Of a DNA stretch of 64,000 nucleotides, positions 17,789 to 28,518 are shown piece after piece. The position numbers were made by a program, and so were the translations under genes. This stretch comes from a virus. The stretch covers positions 1 to 64,000 of the IMG/VR virus record IMGVR_UViG_3300025892_000012; one strand, written 5' to 3'. The notes under the pieces are model-generated. The model was not told the DNA's origin, did not search any database, and saw nothing but the letters and a program-made list of their open reading frames with translations. The stretch's first letter is position 1. Each line of letters begins with the position of its first letter.

Positions 17789-20700
17789 ATGGCAAAAACT
17801 CTACTTCCTGAAATAGCAAATAGTCCATATTTTATAAAATATCCAGGTAGAAATTTTTCACAGGTACTATTTAAACCAGGATATCCGCTACAATCTGCAG
17901 AACTCATATCTTTACAAAACATAGTAAACGAACAAATATCTAGATTTGGAGACCATGTTTTTAAAGACGGTTCTATGGTCACTACAAGTGGAGGATTTGA
18001 AAAAAACGGTGGTATAGATTATGATCACTGTCAACTTTATGAACTATCAGAAGATGCAAATTTATTAGCTTTTGTTCCAGAAAATTCAACTATAGTAATT
18101 AAAGATACAACAGTAGATATTAATCTTGATATAAGTACAGTTTTAGAAGCAGATTTTGTTACATTTAAAAACGCCTTTATTAAAGATGGTATTGTTTATC
18201 CTAATTATATGGGACTTAAATTTAATAATGGACAAATTCAGCAAAATTTAGCAGAATTATTTTCAACATCACTACCAAGTAGGTTTGACGTATATGTAAA
18301 ATTTTCTAACAATGTTTTGGGAAGTAAGATTGGCACTTTAAATTCATTAGCCGCTACAGATGGCATGTTTGCTATGATAAAAGATACCGTCTTTTATACT
18401 TCAGGATATTTTACTAATATAGAAGAACAAAAATTAATATATCATATTGGTGATGCTTCTTTAATGAATGTTGAAGTTGGTGTTGAATTGCAATGGGAAA
18501 TAGCTGATATCTCTCATCCAACATACGGTTCGCAATTATTTGACCCTGCACAAAATGCATTTAATGAAAATTCTCCAGGTGCAGATAGATTAATATTAAA
18601 TTTAATGCTAAAAGAACATGATTTAAATTATGTTCAATCTAATGATGATTGGAAATTTACACCTCTTCTGAAATTTAAAAATGGTGATTTAATTTATAGA
18701 ATAAAATATCCAATATATAGTGTCTTAGGAGACACATTAGCAAGAACCACATATGAAATTCATGGTAATTTTGTAATAGACCCCTTTAAATTAAATGTTA
18801 CATCAGATGCTTTACTTACAGGAACACATACAGTAACAGAATATGACAATAGTTTAGATGGAGAAACTGTATACACCATAACAGGTTCAGAAACTACTTA
18901 TACTAATTTAACAATAGGTAATTATGTAATGTTTGGTAGTGTGGTAGATTATAATCGCTTGTTAAAAATTGTAAGAATAGATAGCGACTTGAGAATGAAA
19001 GTGAGTGATGTTCACTATGATAGTTATCCGGATTTTTCAACAAACTCACCAGATTATTTTTCTGAAGCTAAAGTCGGAACTACAATTTCATTGAGAGATG
19101 AAGAAAAATTAAATTACGTTTTAAGTGAAGGGAAAGCTTATGTAAATGGATATAGATTTGAAACAACATTTCAAACAAAAATAGAAGATAATAAATCTCG
19201 GGATTTTAAAACAGCAGAAGCTGCAGTATTGCCAAATCAACATTATTTTGAATTATCATCATATTTTCATACTGAAAATTTTATTAATTTCAAAAAACTA
19301 GATACTCTTGATTTACATTGTACAAAAAATAAAGAGTTATATCAATTAACTATTTCTTTAAGTACTGCATTTAATTTACCGATAGTAGTTGGTATAAATG
19401 AAGAATTAGAAATAAACGGAACAATATTCAAAAATATAAAAACAACTACAACAAATGGTGGTGATGTTATTTCTAATTATGAGTTAATAAGCTATTCAAA
19501 CAATACAAACACAGGTTTACCAACTATAGGTGTTGATTACACTGTTACAAATAGAACAAATGGGACACAAAATATCTATAGATTAAAAACTATAGAAAAA
19601 ATTGCAGATACCCCTTTTGAAAGAGATTCAAGCACAAATTACAGTGCCAACATTCTTAATGATAATTACGCAAATACTAGTACAATAAGTATAGTAAGTT
19701 CCACATTAGATTTTGAAAATACATCAACATCATACAATAATTCATTTGCGCAAGATGATTATGTATTAATAGAAGATGTGAACGATGTTACTGTTAAAGT
19801 ATTTGGATTAGTAACTAACATACCTGGTAATCCTTCATCAAGTATGACAGTAAAAACAAATACAACTGTATTTACTAATAATGCAACTGAATATAGAATA
19901 ACAAAACCTTCATATAATCAATTTTATGATTATCAATATGGATCAACTAAAATAGGTACTATTCGTTCAAATTCAGTAGGTGTAGATGACCCTGAAAGAT
20001 TTAGATTTTCGCACTATGAATTAAATCATTCTATTAAATCTTTTGATGTTGTTAAAGTTAATACCGTTACAAATAAAATTGAAGCAGTTAGCTTAGAACT
20101 AAGTCAAGTTGATGATGTTTATAATGGTATGTTTATAGAGTATAATGGAAGTACTTGGGAAATTTCTGATTATGTTGGTGCTACTCAAGAATTTACATTA
20201 TTAGGAGTATCAGCTTTAAATCCTATTAATTTTGCTATTGGTGATAATATTAATTTGACGGCACATCTTTCTAATTTGAATTCAATAATAAGTTCTGCAT
20301 TTGCAAACGGAAAAGGGTTTTATGGAAATGTCGTTAAAAACACATTGGGTTATCCAGTAATAAAAACACCTAATCAGACACAAAACAAATTTTCTTCTAT
20401 TATTGATAATGAAGATGGTGAGGTTAAAAACGTTAGAGTAGATGATTATAGTATATTTTATCAAGAAAAATGGATTGTAACAGGAGTTGATATATCTTCT
20501 CTATCTAAAGCTATAGGTACAGACTTTATTTCAGATTTTAATATTGATAATAATAATGTAAAAGTTTACGCAGCAACTAATATTCTAGATGGAACAACTA
20601 ATTATCTAAAGTATAGTTCTGGTCAATCAGTTCCATTTTCAAGTGTAACTTTGGTAGGTTCTAATTTAACAATAAACTTTAATGAAACTTTCAATAACAC

Positions 20701-23700
20701 AGATGCATTTATAGTACATGCTAATATACCCGTAAGTCAACCTTTATTAAGATATAAAACTTTAAAAAACATTACAGATGCACAAGCAGATGTTGATGAT
20801 TTCACAGTTTATGTTAATGGAGATGGTACTTTATTAGGTGATATTACTAATACTAGAAATCATACTCAACAAACATTTGAATTAAAACATAGTGATATTT
20901 ACAGAATTAGAAGTGTTCAAGTTAGTGTTGGTAAACTGACAGGACCTTATGTTGACATTACAGATTATTTTACATTAGATGATGGGCAAAGAGCAACACA
21001 TTACGATCATGGAAGGCTTGTTCTTAAATCATATTTGAAACTACCTGATATCAATAATTTAGATACTTCTATAACAGAAGCAACGATTACAGCCGCATCT
21101 CAAAATGTTTATAGATTCAGAGTAAATTATGATTTTTTTGAACCTACAAATGGCCATTTTTTCACTGTAGATAGTTATACAAATATTCATTATAGAAAAA
21201 TTCCTACTTATATAGATTCTGCTAGAGACAAATTTCCACTAAGAAATGTTATTGACTTTAGACCAGTGAGAAGACCCATTGGTTCAATAAGTGATTATGA
21301 ACAAGAAACTGATATAGTAAGTATAATTAATCTTGATTTTGATTATTACTATCATAAAGAAAAAGTTATAGCTTTACAAGGTAATGGAACTTCTGAAATT
21401 AAGTTAGTTTATCAAGAAGCCGAAAATTATGTACCTTCTTTTTATAATATAAAACTTTATGAGATTACATTACCCGCATATACATTTGAATTTGAAGACA
21501 TTAATTATAAATTAATTGATAATAAAAATTATACTATGAAAGATATTTCTAAACTTCAAAAAAGAATAGAAAATTTAGAAGATATCGCACAATTAAATGC
21601 TTTAGAATTACAAGCAATACAAACTAAATTAACTGATGTAAATGGTAATCCACGTTTTACTAATGGATTGTTAGTGGATATGTTTTCTGGTTTTGCAATA
21701 GCAAAAGTAGATCAAGAAGGATTCGCAGCATCTATAGACATTGAACAAATGAAACTATATCCTTCATTTAGCTCAAACAATAGTTTATTGCATATTGCAC
21801 CAACGACTTCAATTTCTAATAATTTTCCTACAGTAAAAAATAATATAGCATATTTGCCAATTGCTGGACATAATGAAATTGTAAATTCATTTGATACGAA
21901 TATAACTTCTACGTTAAATTCACAGTTATCTTTTAAGAATGGTAAATTAACACTCCATCCTTATAGTGATGTTTGGTATAGTAAAGACTCTACACCTATT
22001 GTTTTACTAAACGAAGATAATCAATTTAAAAATTGGAAGCTATTAAGAAGTTCTGCACATGGAACACAATGGAAAGATTGGGAGCAATTTTGGTCCGGAG
22101 TGCCAGTAGAATCTAACATATTGACTGTAGCAAATGCTACTCTTTCTCAAAAAACTGGTAGATTAATTAATAATAAAAATAACATTGAGAAAGTGATAAA
22201 TGATAAGAGAGTAAATACCACACTCACATTAAAATCTAGAGCCGGAAGAATAGGATTTGTATTTGAAATGTTATCAAAAGATGTTAATGAATATGGTATT
22301 TATATTAACTCTAATTTAGTAACAACAAATGCCGGTCAAAGAATTACATTCACAACAACTAGTGGCTTATCTGTAAATAATTTTAGAACACTATATCAAG
22401 GACTCAATATCACTCAAAATGCAGTTGCTGGACTTGCAAGTGGTGTTGTGAATCATATTCAACACATTAGTAATAAAGACTATTACCTATATGTAACTAA
22501 TATAGATAATTATATATTTGATACTAGTGCAAAAATAAATGAATTAAATGGTTCAATTTCAGCTATTCATACTTATGGAACAAGTAGAGTTTCATTAGAT
22601 GATAATTCAATATTGTGCGGAGATTTCACTATAGGAGAAAGTGATTATCCTTCAGGTACAGCTTTAGATGTACAAATAAGAGATTTAAATGCACAAACGA
22701 ATAATATTGTTGGTTCTAATAAATTTTATATAAATGGTTTGTTAGAAACAAAAACTAGTTTTGTACAATCTATCAGACCCGCACAAAGAAAATTGTATTC
22801 TGATAGTGAAAGTAATTACATTGACGATAAAACATTTGTAATTAATAACACAACAAGAATACCAACACCTATACATCAACCATTTATTTTAAATGATTCT
22901 GTATTTTTGTCCAAGTTTTCTTTTAGATATACATGTAATCAAGATTCAAAGGTTATAATAACCATACAACCTATGGTAAATAATAATCTGTCACCATCAC
23001 TGGTTGTTCCGTTTAGTGAAAAAATAATTAGTTTGCCATTAAATACTACTGGTACAGAATATGAAGTAGAATATGATATACCAATATTCTTAGCATCTAA
23101 TAAAGAATATGCGATAGTTTTTAGAAGTGAAAATGATGTACATTTTTATACTCACAGTAATTTCAATTCAAATATTTTTATAGACCAAGCAGTTGGTACA
23201 AACGGAATATCATCTAATGGTAGTGTTCTTCAATTAAAATTGTATAGTGCTGTGTTTAACACAAATCAAAGAGAAATGACACTTAATATAAAAGAATCTA
23301 CTTATAATGAAAATGTTGACAGATATCGTTTAAATATAAACTCTTTAGATTTAACAGATACTAATATAAATTATCGTTGGAAAGCAAAGAATTATGATAC
23401 TAATGTACAAGACATATTATATCAAAACATTCCTGCTAATGAAACTAAATTATTAGAAAAAAGAAAAATATTTACTCCTAATGATTATGAGTTAATAGTA
23501 AACATGAATTCTAATGATGCGAGAGTCACACCTATGATAGATTTAAGTAGATTTTCATTAACTACTGTAAATCATAAAATAGATAATGGTTTATTCTTAC
23601 AAAATAATGTAAGCATTACAAGAACAGGAGCAAATACAGATAGAGTGCAATTAACACTTACAGAATACGACCCCAACGGCATTCATAATAGGAAATGTAT

Positions 23701-24319
23701 TTTTACAGTAGATGCTCTCGGAAATATTAATAATTTCTTTTCAGACCCCAAGTTCTTATTGAATGTTTCTGAATATACCGTAACCATTAAAAAGTTTGAT
23801 ACTGTTTCAAATACTTTCGTTAATTATAATCCTGCAGTAAGTATTAGTTCAGATAGTTTTGTTAGAAATAGAAAAAATATAACGGATACTACAATAGGAT
23901 TGAAAATAATATTAGATTTAATTACTGAGTATGATGCAACAGCAATAGGGAATACTTCTTATCGTTACTATTCTCCTATCGTAACACTTGCCGATGATTT
24001 TGAAGCAATGCAATTATATGTTCAAATGGATGCAGTGTTAAGAAGAACGAATGATGTATTTGTATTTTATCGTGTACTTGAAAATACACAATCCTTTGAT
24101 ACCTTTAAAGAACAGCATTATAAACTTATGAACATAAAAACTAATGATGCTGATAAATATACTAATAGTATAGCAAAGACTATAGAATTTGAGAGCAATA
24201 GAACAGATCCACCAGACTCTAGATTTAAATATTTTCAAATAAAAGTTTGTTTTACCAGTACTAATTATATAGAAATACCCGTGGTAGAAAATATAAGAAT
24301 TTTAGCATTAGACAACTAA
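17789..24319 (+). CDS. Large baseplate-associated structural protein, VrlC/DUF4815-like
   Basis: VLFKPGYPLQSAEL..LQ, FKDGS, PGADRL, LARTTYE.HGNF, GKAYVNGY, LDDGQR..HYD, IDFRP, YTMKDI.KL.KRIENLE, C-terminal FQIK...P....IRILAL. Confidence 0.8.
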   Translation: MAKTLLPEIANSPYFIKYPGRNFSQVLFKPGYPLQSAELISLQNIVNEQISRFGDHVFKDGSMVTTSGGFEKNGGIDYDHCQLYELSEDANLLAFVPENSTIVIKDTTVDINLDISTVLEADFVTFKNAFIKDGIVYPNYMGLKFNNGQIQQNLAELFSTSLPSRFDVYVKFSNNVLGSKIGTLNSLAATDGMFAMIKDTVFYTSGYFTNIEEQKLIYHIGDASLMNVEVGVELQWEIADISHPTYGSQLFDPAQNAFNENSPGADRLILNLMLKEHDLNYVQSNDDWKFTPLLKFKNGDLIYRIKYPIYSVLGDTLARTTYEIHGNFVIDPFKLNVTSDALLTGTHTVTEYDNSLDGETVYTITGSETTYTNLTIGNYVMFGSVVDYNRLLKIVRIDSDLRMKVSDVHYDSYPDFSTNSPDYFSEAKVGTTISLRDEEKLNYVLSEGKAYVNGYRFETTFQTKIEDNKSRDFKTAEAAVLPNQHYFELSSYFHTENFINFKKLDTLDLHCTKNKELYQLTISLSTAFNLPIVVGINEELEINGTIFKNIKTTTTNGGDVISNYELISYSNNTNTGLPTIGVDYTVTNRTNGTQNIYRLKTIEKIADTPFERDSSTNYSANILNDNYANTSTISIVSSTLDFENTSTSYNNSFAQDDYVLIEDVNDVTVKVFGLVTNIPGNPSSSMTVKTNTTVFTNNATEYRITKPSYNQFYDYQYGSTKIGTIRSNSVGVDDPERFRFSHYELNHSIKSFDVVKVNTVTNKIEAVSLELSQVDDVYNGMFIEYNGSTWEISDYVGATQEFTLLGVSALNPINFAIGDNINLTAHLSNLNSIISSAFANGKGFYGNVVKNTLGYPVIKTPNQTQNKFSSIIDNEDGEVKNVRVDDYSIFYQEKWIVTGVDISSLSKAIGTDFISDFNIDNNNVKVYAATNILDGTTNYLKYSSGQSVPFSSVTLVGSNLTINFNETFNNTDAFIVHANIPVSQPLLRYKTLKNITDAQADVDDFTVYVNGDGTLLGDITNTRNHTQQTFELKHSDIYRIRSVQVSVGKLTGPYVDITDYFTLDDGQRATHYDHGRLVLKSYLKLPDINNLDTSITEATITAASQNVYRFRVNYDFFEPTNGHFFTVDSYTNIHYRKIPTYIDSARDKFPLRNVIDFRPVRRPIGSISDYEQETDIVSIINLDFDYYYHKEKVIALQGNGTSEIKLVYQEAENYVPSFYNIKLYEITLPAYTFEFEDINYKLIDNKNYTMKDISKLQKRIENLEDIAQLNALELQAIQTKLTDVNGNPRFTNGLLVDMFSGFAIAKVDQEGFAASIDIEQMKLYPSFSSNNSLLHIAPTTSISNNFPTVKNNIAYLPIAGHNEIVNSFDTNITSTLNSQLSFKNGKLTLHPYSDVWYSKDSTPIVLLNEDNQFKNWKLLRSSAHGTQWKDWEQFWSGVPVESNILTVANATLSQKTGRLINNKNNIEKVINDKRVNTTLTLKSRAGRIGFVFEMLSKDVNEYGIYINSNLVTTNAGQRITFTTTSGLSVNNFRTLYQGLNITQNAVAGLASGVVNHIQHISNKDYYLYVTNIDNYIFDTSAKINELNGSISAIHTYGTSRVSLDDNSILCGDFTIGESDYPSGTALDVQIRDLNAQTNNIVGSNKFYINGLLETKTSFVQSIRPAQRKLYSDSESNYIDDKTFVINNTTRIPTPIHQPFILNDSVFLSKFSFRYTCNQDSKVIITIQPMVNNNLSPSLVVPFSEKIISLPLNTTGTEYEVEYDIPIFLASNKEYAIVFRSENDVHFYTHSNFNSNIFIDQAVGTNGISSNGSVLQLKLYSAVFNTNQREMTLNIKESTYNENVDRYRLNINSLDLTDTNINYRWKAKNYDTNVQDILYQNIPANETKLLEKRKIFTPNDYELIVNMNSNDARVTPMIDLSRFSLTTVNHKIDNGLFLQNNVSITRTGANTDRVQLTLTEYDPNGIHNRKCIFTVDALGNINNFFSDPKFLLNVSEYTVTIKKFDTVSNTFVNYNPAVSISSDSFVRNRKNITDTTIGLKIILDLITEYDATAIGNTSYRYYSPIVTLADDFEAMQLYVQMDAVLRRTNDVFVFYRVLENTQSFDTFKEQHYKLMNIKTNDADKYTNSIAKTIEFESNRTDPPDSRFKYFQIKVCFTSTNYIEIPVVENIRILALDN

Positions 24320-24329
24320 GGAGGTACGT

Positions 24330-27300
24330 TTGCAGGTTTTAAATGTTAAACCACAAAGCACAGATGTTGGGGCATCTAAACCACCCCAAAGAAGAGAAGT
24401 TATTCTTCAAGATCACCATCAAACTTGGTTAGCAAACTTTAATGAAATACGTGATGAAGTAAATCAAGCAACTTCCTATTCTATACCAAGAACATTAGTA
24501 TATAGAAATGAGTACGGAAGTTTTGGTGCAAATACTATTGCGGCAAATCAACTTATATTCGGCAACTCAGACCCAACTGCAGATCCTGAAGATTCACCAA
24601 TAATAATGAATGCGGATGGATTGACTTTAGGACCAAGCACAACACTAAATGTAAAAGGTCCTGCCAAATTTTCCAATACTGTGCATCTAGATGCTAATAG
24701 TGAATTTAATTTAGATGGTCCATTAAACAGTAACAGTGTAGCTAATTTTAGGGATGTAACTAATTTTTATGCATTTACTCATTTTCATCCATCAAGTGTA
24801 CTTTTTGTAGACACTACATCTATTTTTAATGACAGTGTTAGTATCAACGCTCCTTTAGGAGTAGAAGGTCCAGTAACTATTGTAGGAGATATCAATCAAA
24901 CGGGTAACAATACAATTGATGGAAGTGTTGATATTGAAGATGATTTAATTATCCGTGGTAATCTTACCGTTTTGGGTGAAAAAACTCAACTAGAAGTTAC
25001 CGAACTTGTTGTAGAAGATAAAAATATTGTAGTAAACAAAAATGATGTATATACGCCGTTAGATGCTGGTTTGTTCATACAAAAAGGAACAATTGAAAAT
25101 GCTGGATATTTCAAAGTTCATAGTTCTGATGATAGTTTACTTCAATTAAAAGCACCGACCGGTTTTGACATCACGATTGATATTCCATCACAAGATGTTA
25201 AATTTAGATTAGAGAGTGACTTTGCTGCAGATCAAGAGTTGCTAACAACATCTAATGTAGCATTTCGTTCACTAGTATTAGATAAAACTTTTAGTAGACA
25301 TAATTTAGTACCAAGCTATACACAAAACCATGATGCTATAGCTGCAGGAAAAGGTTGGATTTCTACTCCTTGGGTTTATACAAACGCAGTAGAGTCATCT
25401 GATAATTTAATAGATGCTAACACTACTGGCTTGTTTATGGGTACTACAACTCATACAATGAGAAATGAAATCAGTTTTTTGTCAAATGGTAACACCAAAT
25501 TTCATATTGATTATTTTGGAAATATCGGGATGGGTACTCTTAACCCTCTCTCTGATTTACATCTTGCAAGTATAAATCCAGAAATTACAATCACTACTGA
25601 AGACTATAAATCAAATGCAACTTTATCATTTACTGATTTTGCAGAACGAGTAGATGATTCTGGAATGTATCTTGCTTTTGATGCAAATACAGGTTCTGGA
25701 ATACTAGAACTCACAACTCAAGATTATCAAACCAAATTTGACATATCTGTCGGTGGATATAATAAAACTCCAGAAGTAACAATTTCAAATGACAAAGTAA
25801 GTTTCTTTACTGATGTAGATGTTTTGGGCAATGGTTATGTAGATAAAGAATTGATTGTTGATAGTACTTTATATGTAAGAAGCAATAAAGTAGGTGTAAA
25901 TGTAGTAACACCTGCGTATGCATTTGATGTTTCTGGTTCAATAAGAGGAAACAGTGATTTAATTTTAGATGGCTTAGAACCATTTATAAAGGTTGGCACG
26001 GTCACTTCTCTTGAACCAAATGGAAGAAGTGGATTAGTAGTACAAGAAGAAAGTCCTGTTGTGCAATTAAGTACTACTGAAGATGAGTACAGACATGGTT
26101 CTATTTTATATTTCAATGATTCTTATCATGATTCTAATTGGGTTATTGGAACAAGCTTAAATGGTAATAAATTAGATTTTGGTAAATCATTTAGCAAGTC
26201 TGCAAATACTCCAGAATATGGTTTGGATGAATATCATGGTCAAACTCTTTTAAGATTTACAGAAGAAGATAGAAGTGAATTTTATCTTGAAGCAGATAAT
26301 TCAAATGCAGCATTAATTCTAAACACAAGAACAAATGGTATTCATTTATATCTTGGTGAAGAAAATAATGTATTAGGACCAACAATTCCTAGACCTACAA
26401 CTACCTATACATCAAATGATTTTAGTTCTGTAATCCAATGGCATGGTAGTGAAGTAACTGTTGGTGAACTCACTTATTTCCCAAATGGAAATGACGATGG
26501 TGAATTTGGCTCATTTAGATTCTCAAGAACAGATGGTCAAGTAAATCAAGATGTACCAAGTGCAAAAGTTGGAGCAAATCAATTTTATGCTAATGATAAA
26601 ATAGCAGTTTCCCAAACTACACCTACTGCTGAACTTCATATTACAAAAGATTATTCAGAAGCTTTAATTGAAACAGAAGACGCACAAACATTTATAAAAA
26701 TGTTTGTGAATGATTCAACTGAAACTGTAAATATGCGAGGAGAAAATTCAAGTGGTGCCGCAACTTCTTATTTTGCTTTTAATGCATCAAATCCCGCTTC
26801 ACTTGATTTTACATCAGGTGACCATTCACTCACAGGTTCTTCAGATCATTCAACACAAATCATAACACTATCATTATCAGAAACAAGAAATCCATCCAAC
26901 TTTAAATTACAAACTGAGTCAAATAAGAATTTCATAGACATTACCAGAACTTCTTCTAATTTAAATTATTCATTGGATGTTATTGACCAAGATAATGTGA
27001 TAACCGACAGTAAAAGTTCAACAACTCTAGAGATGAAGTCTGAGTTAAACGAAGCTTTAAAATCTATTCAATATAATTATTATTCAAGTACAAATAATTT
27101 GATTAAATCATTTTACTTAGATGATATTAATCAAACAATTAGCGAGTTAAATGCTTCTAATAATTTAGATTATTCAACAATATTAGATGAACCAAATAAA
27201 AAATTAACTTATCATAGTAATGTATACACAGTCTTTAATAAACACACATTAACTGATGTTGATATTGAATATCGTTCTCAAATAGCTAATGATAAACATT

Positions 27301-28505
27301 ATACTCTTGAATTGGGTGCTGCAGAGAGTAATTTAAATTTATCAAGAGATAATTCTGATTTTAATTTGAAAATATTTAATGATGATACAAAATTAACATT
27401 AGAAAATAATAAAGGCATTGATGCGTATGGAACTATAGATACACCTACACAACTTGAATTAGATTTAGATTCAACAGGTAATTCTTATATGATGTTTAGT
27501 GGTTATAGATTTACTTTTAAACATGAAACACATCCTCTATTCAATGCTTATCATGATTATGTTGATTTTATTTCTCCTGTGAATTTTTATAATGATGTTT
27601 TGATAGAAGGTGCATTGACTGCAAATAGTGGTATTACATTCCCAACATCAAATCCTAATAATAAAATTGAATTCAATCTAACTGATTTAGAAGGTGAAGA
27701 CGATGATGATAGAACAAGCATTACAAACTATATTAAATGGACATGTAATACAGATGCGGCGCAAATTTATTTTGCCTCTACGGATGATACAAGTACAAAG
27801 TTTTGGGGAGATTCGCAAGAAACTGTAGATACATCAAGACTTATATTTCAATCGGAAGACAATGAAAATGAAGGTTTTGAATTTAAACATGTGTCTTCAA
27901 CGGGTAATGGTGTAAAAGAAATACTTTTATTAGACCGTCAACATGCTTATGTAAATGTACCAATATTACAAACTCATGAAGGTAGACTTATTGAGTACCA
28001 ATCAAATAATAACAAATGGTTACTAGCTGAAGAAAATACAGATACAGGTCTTTATTTTAATGTAGATTCTACAGCATTATCATTTACTAATAATTTGAGC
28101 GAATATACAAATGCTGAAAATATAAACAATCAATATGTCTTTGTAAAAGAAGGTACACCTAAAGCTAGTATAGATTTAGATACTGGCTCAATCAGAACTG
28201 CGGGAGACCTTGTAGCTGACAATGATGTAATAGGTTTTGTTACTTCAGATAAAAATTATAAAGAAAATATTATGAATATGACAAATGCTTTAGATAAAAT
28301 AGATTTGATTCGTGGCGTAGAATTTGATTGGAAAGAAAATCCAAGTGGATACAACGGTCATGATGTTGGAGTGATCGCACAAGAGATAGAAGAAGTAATA
28401 CCAGAAGCAGTAAGAGTAGGCGCAAATGGTCAAAAACAAGTTAATTATGATAGAATTATACCATTATTAATTGAATGTATTAAAGAATTAAAATCAAAAC
28501 TATAA
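24330..28505 (+). CDS. Tail fibre with C-terminal S74 intramolecular chaperone (TTG start)
   Basis: GGAGG RBS; VEDKNIVVN motif; GNIGMGT..P repeats; C-terminal SDKNYKENI...IRGVEFDWK...GVIAQEIE.VIPEAV...VNYDRIIPLLIECIKEL. Confidence 0.82.
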   Translation: MQVLNVKPQSTDVGASKPPQRREVILQDHHQTWLANFNEIRDEVNQATSYSIPRTLVYRNEYGSFGANTIAANQLIFGNSDPTADPEDSPIIMNADGLTLGPSTTLNVKGPAKFSNTVHLDANSEFNLDGPLNSNSVANFRDVTNFYAFTHFHPSSVLFVDTTSIFNDSVSINAPLGVEGPVTIVGDINQTGNNTIDGSVDIEDDLIIRGNLTVLGEKTQLEVTELVVEDKNIVVNKNDVYTPLDAGLFIQKGTIENAGYFKVHSSDDSLLQLKAPTGFDITIDIPSQDVKFRLESDFAADQELLTTSNVAFRSLVLDKTFSRHNLVPSYTQNHDAIAAGKGWISTPWVYTNAVESSDNLIDANTTGLFMGTTTHTMRNEISFLSNGNTKFHIDYFGNIGMGTLNPLSDLHLASINPEITITTEDYKSNATLSFTDFAERVDDSGMYLAFDANTGSGILELTTQDYQTKFDISVGGYNKTPEVTISNDKVSFFTDVDVLGNGYVDKELIVDSTLYVRSNKVGVNVVTPAYAFDVSGSIRGNSDLILDGLEPFIKVGTVTSLEPNGRSGLVVQEESPVVQLSTTEDEYRHGSILYFNDSYHDSNWVIGTSLNGNKLDFGKSFSKSANTPEYGLDEYHGQTLLRFTEEDRSEFYLEADNSNAALILNTRTNGIHLYLGEENNVLGPTIPRPTTTYTSNDFSSVIQWHGSEVTVGELTYFPNGNDDGEFGSFRFSRTDGQVNQDVPSAKVGANQFYANDKIAVSQTTPTAELHITKDYSEALIETEDAQTFIKMFVNDSTETVNMRGENSSGAATSYFAFNASNPASLDFTSGDHSLTGSSDHSTQIITLSLSETRNPSNFKLQTESNKNFIDITRTSSNLNYSLDVIDQDNVITDSKSSTTLEMKSELNEALKSIQYNYYSSTNNLIKSFYLDDINQTISELNASNNLDYSTILDEPNKKLTYHSNVYTVFNKHTLTDVDIEYRSQIANDKHYTLELGAAESNLNLSRDNSDFNLKIFNDDTKLTLENNKGIDAYGTIDTPTQLELDLDSTGNSYMMFSGYRFTFKHETHPLFNAYHDYVDFISPVNFYNDVLIEGALTANSGITFPTSNPNNKIEFNLTDLEGEDDDDRTSITNYIKWTCNTDAAQIYFASTDDTSTKFWGDSQETVDTSRLIFQSEDNENEGFEFKHVSSTGNGVKEILLLDRQHAYVNVPILQTHEGRLIEYQSNNNKWLLAEENTDTGLYFNVDSTALSFTNNLSEYTNAENINNQYVFVKEGTPKASIDLDTGSIRTAGDLVADNDVIGFVTSDKNYKENIMNMTNALDKIDLIRGVEFDWKENPSGYNGHDVGVIAQEIEEVIPEAVRVGANGQKQVNYDRIIPLLIECIKELKSKL

Positions 28506-28518
28506 GGAAAGTTTTAAG

